A DNA stretch of 63,994 nt, counting the filler, from Octopus bimaculoides (lineage: Eukaryota): the NCBI RefSeq assembly GCF_001194135.2. It is 9 parts of 9 records of this genome, joined end to end, with 100 filler letters (N's around TTAATTAATTAA, not from the genome) between each part and the next. Parts side by side here need not be neighbours in the genome. Positions count along the whole stretch, not along the records: positions 10,421 to 14,160 come from NC_068986.1; positions 14,261 to 23,920 come from NC_068988.1; 7 more parts are not named here. The stretch is one strand, 5' to 3'. The stretch's first letter is position 1. Each line of letters opens with the position of its first letter. Position numbers and translations under genes: made by a program. Below the pieces are notes generated by a model. That model was not told the origin of the DNA. It saw nothing but the letters and a program-made list of their open reading frames with translations, and did no database searches. This document shows, piece after piece, positions 10,452-24,020 of the stretch.

Positions 10452-13418
10452 CATGTATATATGTGTATATATATATATTTTGATATATATACACATACTC
10501 ACACACATGTATATATATATACACATACTCACACACATGTATATATATCAAAATATATATATATATATATATCTGTTCATATATTTGTGCATGCAAATTT
10601 AGATTTGGGTATAGACATAAGTATACACAGACTTGTACAAGTATATACTCATGCTTACACACAGACACACAAACACATACGCACACAAATATATACGTTT
10701 TTAAATTCTAATAAAATTATTCAGACAGACAGACAGACACACACACACACACATACACACACACACACGCATGCATACAATTATTAAGAATCCTAAAAAT
10801 GGTTACTATATTATCTAACTCATTCATATATATGAAGAAGACAATGATATTAAAGAAAGAAAGAAAAAAACCTGTGATAACACCATGCATCAGAAAAACT
10901 TGCCATAATGCTTCTGTCCTAGAGTATAAATATGGGAAGTATTTTTGCCTCAATTACATTCAATATTTACTGCACCGGAAAAATTGCTTTATGTTCAAAT
11001 TCCACCAAGGTTGACCTTTTTTAGCTTTTGCCGTTTCGAGGTCAATATAGTAAGTACCAGTTGAATACTGGTGCTAATGGAATCGACTAGCACCCCTACC
11101 CTCAAAATTTCAGGCTCTGTGTCAATTGTAGAAGAGATCAGCCCACTGTATATGTATGTGTTTGTGTATCTGCATTTATCCCCTGCTCCACCATCGCTTG
11201 GCAAAAGGTGTTGGTGTCTCTACATCCCGCTAACTTCGCAGTTCAGCAAAAGAGATCGACAGAACAAGTACTAGGCTTACAAAGAATAAGTTCTGCCGTC
11301 GATTTGTTCAACTAATAAAGGTGATACTCCAGCATGGCCACAGTCAAATGACTGAAACAAATAAAAGAGTGAAAGAATATGTACATGTCTATTGTCATGT
11401 GTGTGTGTGTGTGTGTGTGTGCGTGTGTGCGTGCGTGTTATTCTTTGATTGGTAAGAATTCCATCACAAAGTAATTTATTTCTAAAACTTATTAAAGTTC
11501 GTTTTATTAAGTTATTGTCAGGGAAAAACAGATTGATAATTACAAAAATAGGGGAAAAAAATGGGAAATAGATCTAAATTGTAAGTAATTATTGTTTATC
11601 AATTAGTAATAGGGAATAAATAAATTTACCTAATTTGGTATCTTCTGTGTGAGGTGTGTATGGGTGGAGGGGAATTTGTTTGAAGAATTTTTAAGAAGAT
11701 ACCTCTGGAAATGATTACATATGAAATGTGAAATGCTTGAAACTAGATGCTTTAACACATGCGCACAGATGCACATACATATACACCAACACACAGATGT
11801 GCATACATATATACATGCATATATATACATATATATAATAGTAGATGGGTACATGAATACATCTATATATATATATTAGATAGATATATGGAAAAAAAAG
11901 TCAAGGTAGAAAATGTTAAAATAATTTAATAAAAAAACATTTCAGTACCAGTTTCGGTAAGTGAGACTTTTTCAGCTGTGAGTACGGAAAACAATTAAAT
12001 TTTGGAAAAGTTAAAAGATAAGTTTTTTAAAAGAATATTTGCATAGTATTCAAATACAAGGGGCATTTGACTTGTTTCTGCCTATCTCTGTTTCTCTTGT
12101 GTNNNNNNNNNNNNNNNNNNNNNNNNNNNNNNNNNNNNNNNNNNNNNNNNNNNNNNNNNNNNNNNNNNNNNNNNNNNNNNNNNNNNNNNNNNNNNNNNNN
12201 NNNNNNNNNNNNNNNNNNNNNNNNNNNNNNNNNNNNNNNNNNNNNNNNNNNNNNNNNNNNNNNNNNNNNNNNNNNNNNNNNNNNNNNNNNNNNNNNNNNN
12301 NNNNNNNNNNNNNNNNNNNNNNNNNNNNNNNNNNNNNNNNNNNNNNNNNNNNNNNNNNNNNNNNNNNNNNNNNNNNNNNNNNNNNNNNNNNNNNNNNNNN
12401 NNNNNNNNNNNNNNNNNNNNNNNNNNNNNNNNNNNNNNNNNNNNNNNNNNNNNNNNNNNNNNNNNNNNNNNNNNNNNNNNNNNNNNNNNNNNNNNNNNNN
12501 NNNNNNNNNNNNNNNNNNNNNNNNNNNNNNNNNNNNNNNNNNNNNNNNNNNNNNNNNNNNNNNNNNNNNNNNNNNNNNNNNNNNNNNNNNNNNNNNNNNN
12601 NNNNNNNNNNNNNNNNNNNNNNNNNNNNNNNNNNNNNNNNNNNNNNNNNNNNNNNNNNNNNNNNNNNNNNNNNNNNNNNNNNNNNNNNNNNNNNNNNNNN
12701 NNNNNNNNNNNNNNNNNNNNNNNNNNNNNNNNNNNNNNNNNNNNNNNNNNNNNNNNNNNNNNNNNNNNNNNNNNNNNNNNNNNNNNNNNNNNNNNNNNNN
12801 NNNNNNNNNNNNNNNNNNNNNNNNNNNNNNNNNNNNNNNNNNNNNNNNNNNNNNNNNNNNNNNNNNNNNNNNNNNNNNNNNNNNNNNNNNNNNNNNNNNN
12901 NNNNNNNNNNNNNNNNNNNNNNNNNNNNNNNNNNNNNNNNNTGTATGTATGTATAATATATTTATATATGGTTGAAATTTACAGAAAAACAGAAGACAAA
13001 GACAGGTGTATAAAAAAAAAACAGGTGTGTTAGTTGACGCTCAGGAAAATGAAAAGGTCTTTTACGTTTCGAGCCTTTGCTCTTCAACAGAAAGGAATAA
13101 GAAGAAATAAACAGAGAGACAATAGAAAAATACGAGTAGATTTAGCAGTCCTATATATGAACATACATATATATACATATATGTCTATAAATGTACATGT
13201 ATATATAAATAAAACCATAAAAATACTTATGCATATATGTAAATATTCATAATATAAGTATGTATATATATATATGTGTGTCTGTTTGTGTGTGCGTGCT
13301 TGTGTGTCTGTATATGTGCATATATGTGTATGTGTGTGCATGTGCGTATATGTAAAGACAGAGAAAATAGCATTTTGCCCAGCATGCTGACATTTCTGCT
13401 CACCTACAGCCTCTCTCA

Positions 13419-13498
<80 letters not shown>

Positions 13499-14127
13499 TA
13501 ACATGTAGATACACTGATATATGTATTTGTATATATAGCATATGAACCAAATTCTCCGCAAGAACTACTAAGCTGGCCAGCTCTGTCCATTTCATAGCAA
13601 CACCAGGACGGATTTGGGACACTGGTCAGGGAAATGAGTCTAAAATAAGTAAGGTTTAACATTAGTAGCAATGCGATGACCCTTGGCAGAAATTAAAATA
13701 AATCATAACCCAATACATGTGTGTGTTTGCGTGTGTATATATATATATATATANNNNNNNNNNCCCCTCCCCACAAATTTGAGGCATTTTGCCTCCCCTC
13801 AAAAGGATATATACATATATGTGTGTATATATGTACACACATTAAGAAGGGCATGCACGTGTGCATAGTCACATATTCAGGCATTTCCTAAGTGATGTAT
13901 CTAACGAGGCATAAGTATAATTAGCGAACAATTATAATGAAATATAATGAAGCTGCAATGATTTTAATAAAATTATCAAACGGATTTGTTCTGGAGTTTT
14001 TTTTTAAGTACGAAAAGAAGCAAGCATGATGAGTTTTCGCATAAACAGACGAGATCTGAATTAATATTATATACAAAGCTCCAATTACATTAAATTGCAC
14101 AAAATCTATCCACATGCATACATACAA

Positions 14128-14160
<33 letters not shown>

Positions 14161-14392
14161 NNNNNNNNNNNNNNNNNNNNNNNNNNNNNNNNNNNNNNNN
14201 NNNNTTAATTAATTAANNNNNNNNNNNNNNNNNNNNNNNNNNNNNNNNNNNNNNNNNNNNACTACTGGTGTAAAATATACATAGATAGAAAATCACTTTG
14301 CAAGCGTGACGTTTCGGGTTCAGTCCCGCTGCGCCCTGACCTTGGATAAGTATTTTGTGAGTGAATACAGTAGACGGAAACTGAGTAGAGTA

Positions 14393-14620
14393 AGGCGGCG
14401 AGCTGGTAGAAACGTTAGCACGCCGGGCGAAATGCCTCGCGGTATTTCGTCTGCCGTTACGTTCTGAGTTCAAATTCCGCCGAAGTCGACTTTGCCTTTT
14501 ATCCTTTCGGGGTCGATAAATTAAGTACCAGTTACGCACTGGAGTCGATGTAATCGACTTAACCTCTTTGTCTGTCTTTGTTTGTCCCCTCTATGTTTAG
14601 CCCCTTGCAGGCAATAAAAA
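14393..14620 (+). mobile_element. tRNA-derived SINE with Meta-domain-like core
   Basis: GGCGGCGAGCTGGTAGAAACGTTAGCACGCCGGG head, B-box GAGTTCAAATTCC and core CCTTTCGGGGTCGATAAATTAAGTACCAG; copies at 49890-50095 (+) and 35500-35670 (-). Confidence 0.75.
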
Positions 14621-15086
14621 AAATAGGAAACTGAGTGGAGTATTGCCGTGTATGTATGTATAAATGTATGTGTTTGTGTTTGTCCCCATCACCACTTGAT
14701 AACCGTTGGTTTGTTTACGTCCCCATAACGTAGTTCGGGCACAAGAGATCGATAGAATAGCTATGTACTGGGGTCGATTTGTTTGACTAAGTCCTTCAAG
14801 GCAGTGGCCCTAGCATGGCCGCAGTCCAATGGCTGAAGTAAAAGATAAAAGTTGTGTGTGTATGTGTGTGTGTTGCTTTGTATGTTTATTTAGTTTCTTT
14901 TATTAAACATGAATGTGTATGTGTCTGTATTTATCTGATCTTATACGTCTCAGTTGCTGTCTGTGTATTGTGTCTGTGTGTTCGTTCACCTTTCGTTCAA
15001 CAACAGCTGACGGAAGTGTCATGTAACATACATATATATCCGTGTTGGTCGATTACTACTACATCAGTGAGTGTGTGTGCGCGTGT

Positions 15087-15137
<51 letters not shown>

Positions 15138-15396
15138 CTCTCTCTGTTACTTGTCTCAATCATTGGACTGTGACAATACTGGGACACTGCCTTGAAGGCA
15201 AACAAATCGGTCACTGTACTTATTTCTTTAGTCTATCGGTCTCATTTTCTTTTATTCTTTTACTCGTTTCAGTCATTTGACTGCTGCCATGCTGGAGCAT
15301 TGCCTTATCTGTACAGCTTTTTTTTTTTTACAAACATATGATGTGCACAGAATATTTGTACTTTTACTAATGTGTGTGTGAGTGTGAATGTGCGTA

Positions 15397-15436
<40 letters not shown>

Positions 15437-15637
15437 TACGCACACACACATGTATATATAAAACTTATGTATTTATGTCTGTAAATGTATGCATGTGTAT
15501 GCCCAAATATATTTGAAATAACCTTGTATATATATATTTATATATATCAGTGTTGGTTTGTTTGCGCCCAGTACTTAGTGGGTTAGCTAAAGCCCTTCAA
15601 TATAAATTAAGCATTGATATCGATTTGTACGACTAAT

Positions 15638-15860
15638 CAGTGATTAATTCTCATTTTTCTTTACTGAGCTTTCATAGTCTTTCGATGTTTAAAAATTCCT
15701 ATTGTATTTTATAATTAAATATTAAGAACTATGTAAAAAAAAAATCCAGTTATAATGTCCTATTTCTTGTAGAAGTATACCAATTTATTGCACGTAAACT
15801 ATAACAACAAAATCCTGTATGGATCGCCAAGGGTTGTATGTACCCCGGTTGAGAATCATT
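15638..15860. mobile_element. hAT (Charlie-like) MITE inserted into a SINE tail
   Basis: Ends CAGTGATT..TTCTCA / GGTTGAGAATCATT; GACTAAT duplicated on both flanks; the flanks rejoin into the family C tail. Confidence 0.6.
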
Positions 15861-16930
15861 AGACTAATCCTTTCACGGCGGTACCCCGGCATGACTACAG
15901 TCTAATGAATTAAATGAGTAAAAGACACGTGTATGTATGCAATGTACGCAATTCTTAAGTGTGCAAGCGTATTTCACTGAAGATACGAACGTGTATTTGC
16001 ATGTATTTGTACACGTTTGTGTTAATATGTATGAATGTGTTGAACATACGTTAAAACATGTGTCTATGTATGATTGTGTAAGCATGTACAAAGCGTGTGT
16101 TTTATTGAGTAAGCTTGTTTGTTTTGTGTCAGCATGTGTGTGTGTGTATGAATGCCGCTTATTAAATATGTATATGAGCGTGAATTATTAGTGAATGCGT
16201 TTGTTGTATTGGATGTGAGTGTTTATGAGCTTTCATTTTTCTCTCATTCAAAGAAAACTAGATTAATAGCCCAAATAGAAAGAAATATAACGCTAATAAA
16301 CCGTAACTTAATTGTGTTATTGTCGTCGTTGTTGCGGTTAGTGGAGGTGGGTAGTGAAATAGTGGGGATAATACTAGCAGACCTGTGATCAAAGCCATTC
16401 CAACCGTGACCATACCAGCTTTCCCCTATGTGAAGAGAACTCAGGGCCACGTTTTTCTTTTGTACGTCGGTGGGAGTACGATTTGAGTGAGACAGGGCAG
16501 CTGCATTTAGTATGTTGAGCGAGCACACAACAGTAGGGTTTGGAAACCTTTTTCTAAACCAGGGAAGCATTGCAAGCCCCTAAGAACTGAAAGCAAGGAG
16601 AGTATCGGCCTAGAGAAAATTAAAGATACTTTAATTCTAAAAATTTATTGGTATGCAAATTGTATTAAATTGTTATGCAAATTGTATTAAATTGTTATGG
16701 AATTTTAGAGATTTCACCTGCGGTGGGGTCAAAGTTGAATGTGGGGCTTCGTCGTAGCTTTCAGGTATGTGCATTCTGTGAAAGGAAGCGAATTGTCGAG
16801 TTTACTTCTCTGAAGAAGTGGAGGTGAAGAGTGCTTTCTCCTCAACTTTCAAACTTCACCCCTAACATTCCAAAGTTTGTTTTGATTGTCAACGAGGAAG
16901 TGAATAGGAGAGAGAGAAAGAGAGAGAGAG

Positions 16931-16993
<63 letters not shown>

Positions 16994-17086
16994 TAGAGAT
17001 AGAGAGAGTGAATGTTTGAAGAGATCCTCTCTTTCTCTTTCGCTTTCTTTGTGAGTGTGTGTATATGTGTGTATATGTGTGTGTGT

Positions 17087-17125
<39 letters not shown>

Positions 17126-17451
17126 AAACTACAATCCAATAAATATAAGCTAATTAATATTAATATAACGAGAAGTGTTATGTACAATGATTTCAAAGGA
17201 AGAGAAAGAGAGGGTGGGGGATAAGAGGAGGAAACTTGATACATTCCTTTCTAAGGACATTATCATATTAAGATCCGGAATCCAAGGAAGCAGGTTGTAG
17301 CCTGCGTTGGTAAAAATTAATCCATGAAAACGTTTGTAGATGTTTGCCGTGAGAAATAAGAAATCCAGCGTTCTATTTACATATTTACATACATGTGCGT
17401 GTGTGTGTGTATGTATGTGTTTATGTATGTGTGTGTGTGCGTGAGTGTATG

Positions 17452-17494
<43 letters not shown>

Positions 17495-17900
17495 NNNNNN
17501 NNNNNNNNNNNNNNNNNNNNNNNNNNNNNNNNNNNNNNNNNNNNNNNNNNNNNNNNNNNNNNNNNNNNNNNNNNNNNNNNNNNNNNNNNNNNNNNNNNNN
17601 NNNNNNNNNNNNNNNNNNNNNNNNNNNNNNNNNNNNNNNNNNNNNNNNNNNNNNNNNNNNNNNNNNNNNNNNNNNNNNNNNNNNNNNNNNNNNNNNNNNN
17701 NNNNNNNNNNNNNNNNNNNNNNNNNNNNNNNNNNNNNNNNNNNNNNNNNNNNNNNNNNNNNNNNNNNNNNNNNNNNNNNNNNNNNNNNNNNNNNNNNNNN
17801 NNNNNNNNNNNNNNNNNNNNNNNNNNNNNNNNNNNNNNNNNNNNNNNNNNNNNNNNNNNNNNNNNNNNNNNNNNNNNNNNNNNNNNNNNNNNNNNNNNNN

Positions 17901-17939
<39 letters not shown>

Positions 17940-18242
17940 GTTCAAACAAGATAAACGACAAAAAAAAAAGAACAACAAAAAACAACAACGCGAGGACGTG
18001 ATGCATATATTGTGTTACTGGACGCTCAAGAAAGGAAAGAAAGAGAATCTGACGTTTCGAGCGGAGCTCTTCGTCGGAAGTATAGGAAAGTCCAAAGAAG
18101 GGAAGACGGAGGAAGAAAAAATCGCCAACGATATACACGAGGTTATACTTATATAGATATAGATACGTGACTGTATGAAAAAGCACAACTGTCCGAAACG
18201 TATATTTCACACGCTACAGTATCCCAAATGTATTATCATTAT

Positions 18243-18243
18243 A

Positions 18244-18304
<61 letters not shown>
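18243..18304. repeat. (ACT)n microsatellite
   Basis: Direct reading; source of the poly-Thr ORF. Confidence 0.95.
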
Positions 18305-18622
18305 TCATAATTCATTTGCGAATTTTATGGACACGGCAGGTTTGTATCCTCAGTGCCACTGATCTGCTATTAAGGTCATTAAACTCAGTGCATAAGCGTG
18401 TAAGACTTGCAGATAGGTACCACATAAGATGTACAGTTTATGTAAAGCATTGAAACTTGTTTTCTTATTCAGACAAGCGCAAGATCACAGATTGTTGTTG
18501 TTGTTTGTGGTGGTGGTGGTATTGCTGCTGCTGTATAGCCCCAAGTTAGCTTCGACCCAAACAGACCAATGTCCAAAGATACCCAACCCTGATCACTGGA
18601 TCAGGTTTCTTTCCAGATATTG

Positions 18623-18784
18623 CAGGAGCGGACCCGAGGAGGACGGGAGAGCTGAGGGAAACGTCCTTCCCTCAAGAAAAGAATTGCACAGTCCTAAATA
18701 ATATTATTACACCCCTTTCTCCAGAAATTGTATTCCCTTCTCACCTTGTGCCCTCCCTTCGAAAAATTCCTGGGATCGCACCTG
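18623..18784. mobile_element. Short MITE with imperfect TIRs
   Basis: CAGGAGCGGACCCGAGGA ... TCCTGGGATCGCACCTG, flanked by TATTG on both sides. Confidence 0.5.
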
Positions 18785-19881
18785 TATTGCAAGCCTGGTA
18801 GGGAAGTCTTTAAGATTTGACTGCTGTTTCTAGCAAGCAGGTGACCACATACAGGTTCCCCTGCTGGCTCTCAAGAGCAAATGTAATTTCGTTCTTCTCT
18901 CTCTCTCGATTATGTAACTGTCTTCTTTAGTTCCGTGATATACGCACACACACACTTTACTCATTGATGTAGTCATATGCATGATCCTACACATACTCAT
19001 AGATGTATACCTATTTACCGGTATTTAGACGAGCATGCAAATATATACCTGTTTAAACACATACAAGTATGTACATAGTTGTACTCATACAAAACATCAC
19101 ATTAGACCATAACCAGCGAAACGCTCATAGTATGTGTATATTATAAACACTTACCCACGCACACATGCATACACATACACGCACGTAGACACACACACAC
19201 ACACACACACACAATAATCATCNNNNNNNNNNCACGCACGTAGACACACACACACACACACACACACAATAATCATCATCATCGTTGTTTAACGTCCACT
19301 TTCCATGCTAGCATGGGTTGGACGATGGACTGGTGGACCAGGAGACGACACCAGGCTCCAATCTGATTTACATACATATACATACATAATAAGCATTATA
19401 TATAAACGAATACATAGTTACAACACATACATAGGATAATACATGCAGTAAATAAACATTGCACACACGCAAACGTGTCCGAACATATATACACAGCTCA
19501 CACGAGTTTCTGTAATGTTATTTATAACAAACGCAAAATAGCATCGAAGAGGTTATGCAATCGCACACACACACACACACAAACACACATTTTATGATCG
19601 TTTACCTATGGATTTATTTCAGTATTTGTATGTGTGAGAGATAGAGAGATAAGGAGTGTGTGCGTGTGTGTTAGAGAGAGAGAAAGAGTCTGTGCGTGTG
19701 TGCAAACACGTGGATGGCTTGTTTGGTCACAGTACACAACAATTTCCTTTACTTTCAAGGAAAATGCTAATGTTTCGTAAAGTCTTTAAACTGAAATATC
19801 TGATAAACACTGTATTATGATTTTAGGGATTATAGTTTTTAATAATGGTTTAAATCTTTTTCCGTCGCACAATCCAAATGT

Positions 19882-19920
<39 letters not shown>

Positions 19921-20391
19921 CGTGACAGTGCATGTATAGGCATGTTTGCACATACGTATACGTGCACACATATACGTGTAAATGTATGTGTAGTGCACAC
20001 ACACACACAAACAAACGTGTATGTACGTCTGTTTTTGTATACAAATATCCTAGACAAGACCCTAAAATAAATGATTTGTGGAGTATTCAGCGTGCAATGC
20101 ACACTCATGCACACACACACACACACATACACATATGCATACATACATACATACATACATACATACATACAAACATATATACATAAACTATTTAGTGAAT
20201 TAGGAGAGGGCTCTCTGCTAGTTTTTAAACAAAGGAGAGGGGTTATTTGATGAATCGAAAGCAAAACAATATCACGTGAAGTGGGATCCAGTATTGCAAA
20301 CAAACATCATCAGACCAATAAATATGGGTTAAGATATAGTTTAACTCCTGGTCACCAAAACAAACACAAAAACAAAAACAAAAAAACTAGT

Positions 20392-20746
20392 CTAATAAGT
20401 GTAAAAGAAAAAATGTGCAGAGAACGGATATGAAAACAAAAATTTGCGCAAACGAACAGGGGTGAGGAGAGAGCTTTCGGAAAATTCACAAGATCCAATT
20501 TTTCCCTCATAACTTTCAGGAAAATGGATGTATATTAATGAAATTTTATGGAAATACCGTTCAAATGGCACAGATTATGATTATAAAAAAAAAATTGTGG
20601 GGAAAGTGTTTTCCGAAGGGATAGGGAGAGGATTTTGGAAAATCGGACCTTGTGAATTTCCCGAATGTCCTCTCCCCACACCCCGTTCGATTGTGCAATT
20701 TCTTGTTTTCGTATTCGTTCTCTACACATTTTTTTACACCTATTAA
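20392..20746. mobile_element. Fold-back / MITE element with about 100-bp imperfect inverted arms
   Basis: 20392-20500 is the reverse complement of 20641-20746 (roughly 80% by eye); related sequence at 62535-62600 and 63950-63994. Confidence 0.75.
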
Positions 20747-22556
20747 TTAGAGTGTTTTTTTTTTGTTTTTGTTTTGGTGTAAAACAAACATTGAAAGGAA
20801 GAAAAGGCTTGTTGTGTAGAGAGAAGTTGTGGCGTTATTGCTTACATAAATATCACTAGCTTTATAAATTATAATATATTGGAGGCATGTTCCTAGTGAC
20901 CCGAGTTCACAAATCTGGTTTCGATTCCCAGCTGCAGGTAGTTTTGTCTTAAAGCATGGGTACACAGGGCAAAGCAAATCTATGTGCACTGTAGTTGTGT
21001 TTATAGGGGTCCCATGACGTTGGTTTGCGCAGAGGCCAATAGTACTGGTTTCAGGGCCTCTGAAAATTCAGTCATCAGGGGCTACAGAATTTCCTTTAGG
21101 AATCCCCTTCCCTTTAATATAAAATGCTAGAATTCAATATATACAAATCAATTCCGGGAAACTCCGGGAAATTCCCGTATTCGTTGTAACTTCTGCCGCA
21201 TCCCTCTCGTAGGTCATGCCTAATTGTAACCATTTCACTACTACTGAGAATGGGAAAAGGATGAACACCACAGCCTGAACCCGGTCTTTAAATACAAATG
21301 CAAGAAATATGATGTCTTATGTTTGTCAGATGAATCGAAAATCACAAAACTAGCAATCTTCGCTGGTTGTTTAGACTTATATACATATGAAAAATGAAGA
21401 GTAGAATACAAGGAAACCAATGAAGAATTGTTAATAAAAACAGTAATTCTTCGAAGAAAATTCCCAAACAAAACGAAAGAACCTCATCTTCTTAAGTATT
21501 TTACTAAGATTTTGGTTTAATAACTTGTTCAACGGAAGATTTGACAGCAATAGAGATAACAGCATAGGTTTAACTGTAATAGGCCGGTTTTTTCCTGAAC
21601 CGAACAGTTTCTGTTTGTCATGTGTATGTGTGTGTGTGTGTAACATGCTAGGTGCGTTTTATGTAACATAACTTGCAGTTAACGCTCTCATATAAGCAAA
21701 CACGTGTGAGTGTGTGCACTTCAATAGTTTTATTGAACAATTTTACTAACACACACACACACACACGTATACTAATTGACATATCATACATATGCACACA
21801 CGCTCACTTAGTATCAGAAAGAATAAACGTATAATGAAAATATATTATCAATGCGGGTATTCATGAAAAGAAATGTTTGCAGATTCAATTCAATTTATTT
21901 TAGTTAAATGCAAATAAAGCAACAATTTGGGAAATATGCAGAAAGCATATTTAAAAATTTTATATTCAGTTTCTTTTCATTGAAAACGCTGTGTACAATG
22001 CACAGAAACATTATACGCACACACACTTAGAAATATTTCAAGGAAAAAAACTTTCGTTTCATTTATGCAACAATGTTTCATAAAAACAAAGAGACAGCGA
22101 AGTCTATCCAACCCACGCTTGTGTGTCTAAGTGCGTAGTGTTTCTTTGAGTGTCTGTGTGTGCGTTTATGTGTTTGTGTATGAATTCATTGTGTTTAAAT
22201 TTTGTGTATGTATATGCAAGTTAATGTGCTTATGTATATGTGAATTGCACCAGTTGAGTACATGTGTGTGCATGTTTGCTTTAAAAAACTCTATGAATTT
22301 GCACGTATGTGTATATATACGTGGAAAACAACTGCGACTTCTAGAACTACGTGTAATATATTTTTTTGTATATATAATGTTTATTAACAGCTGTGTGTGT
22401 GTGTGTGTGCAACCTTTTTATTTATTTATTAAATTTTTTTTCTAAACAGCTAACGACACACAATAATGTAATATGCATAAGCACTCGCTTGAAATCTGTG
22501 ATGTATCGCATTTACACACACAAGCAGTAGCTGATACACACACATTAGTGAATTGA

Positions 22557-22593
22557 CCAATCAGAAGCCAGCAAATACCAACTGCTATATAAG
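22557..22593 (+). promoter_or_regulatory. CCAAT box plus TATA box core promoter
   Basis: CCAAT at 22557-22561 and TATATAAG at 22586-22593, followed by a non-repetitive leader, CAACATG and a donor site. Confidence 0.55.
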
Positions 22594-22775
22594 CAGCCGC
22601 ACTATCCTTTCCATTGTCAAATCATTTCTCTCATCCAACGAGACGCGAGCAATTTCTACTCTTACGAATTGAGCGCTTTGTTACAGCGAACTTGGATATT
22701 TCCAATTAACTGAATCTTAATTTTTCTCATTCGGACTTACATATACTTTGCAAACTGTCATTCTTAAATCCCAAC

Positions 22776-22822
22776 ATGATTTTGCCTGAAGATTCTGAAA
22801 AGCCCATGCAATCAAAAGAAAG
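22776..22822 (+). CDS. Candidate first coding exon of an unidentified gene (MILPEDSEKPMQSKE + AG, phase 2)
   Basis: ATG in CAACATG context, donor AAG|GTAATT at 22823, upstream CCAAT/TATA; no homology recognised. Confidence 0.35.
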
Positions 22823-23888
22823 GTAATTAATTGATCTATTGTTTTTACCCCGCCGCTTTGTTCTTGTGAATATGTTTTGCAGCGATTACTAAGGTTTCTT
22901 ACACAATATCCCGCGAGGATTAAATAGATTTTATGATATATACAGTTTATATATATATATATACGCTGGTTGCTTCTGCGGTATTTATAAATAACATGCT
23001 TCTAACCGTATTTATTTTGAATTCTTTGTGCACATTATATAATGTGTGTGTGCGCGCATTGTGTAGATACGAGTTTGCTCGAAACTTCTTTTCAAAAAAT
23101 CTCGAGGTGTTTGTGGAGGTGGTGGTGAAATTTAAGATAAGGTCCTGCCGAGACAATGCCATTTTCAGAGGTTTGTCTTTGTTATGAGTTGAGGTCGTGT
23201 ATAACGTGTGTATGCAATACATACATGAATGTATTATATGTAATTTCATTGCATGTGGTTAAGGTGGAGGTGAGGTTCATGCAGATATTTTGTTAGGGCC
23301 TGGATTTTGACCGGCCTTTGTCTATAAAGGCGCTCTAGCATGGCTGCAGACCAATGATTGAAACATAAAAATTAACAGAATAATCGTATCACTTTCTTTT
23401 CTTTTTTTTTTTTTTCCAATGTCCACGTGTATCCATGAAATTCATCTTTTTACTCCACTTTGTTTTCTGTCAGACAACTTTTCGGTTTGTGTCTGTGTGT
23501 TCGTGCTCTGCTTTTGTTGCGTCATATGGCGCAATAGTCAGCCGAGATTTCGTTTATCTCTGTCCGGGACTTATACACACCTACGCGTGTGCCACGGTGG
23601 ACTATGTACTTACTAGACCTAACCAGTTTGAGTAGTAAGGACAAGGTGGGGAGACTGGGTTCGAATATTAATCTGGTAGACGCAGTTGTATGTATTTGTT
23701 TAAATTGTTGAAATTAATAGTTTTTAGGATAATTTTTTGCACAAAATACTTTTAAACTGAAGCATTCGTTAATGTACTTTCGTCATTTAACTGTTAATGA
23801 TAAAAGTACATACTAAGGAGCTTGTCTAATTAAAAACTTTGTGTGTGCGTGCAAACATACATTTCATATTTACAAAGATCGGAATATT

Positions 23889-23920
<32 letters not shown>

Positions 23921-24020
23921 NNNNNNNNNNNNNNNNNNNNNNNNNNNNNNNNNNNNNNNNNNNNTTAATTAATTAANNNNNNNNNNNNNNNNNNNNNNNN
24001 NNNNNNNNNNNNNNNNNNNN

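Noticed and set aside
12039-12975. Longest ORFs in the track (about 300 aa), and similar ones at 2252, 17377, 43432, 57315, 58892, 60746
   Set aside because: Mostly X residues from N gaps
19178-19279. Direct duplication on both sides of a 10-N gap
   Set aside because: Essentially identical copies abutting a minimal gap, typical of an unmerged contig overlap
22947-23249. Minus-strand ORF containing MALSRQDLILNF as a possible PRODH N-terminus
   Set aside because: No PRODH motif, no strong donor, and on a different block from the PRODH exon
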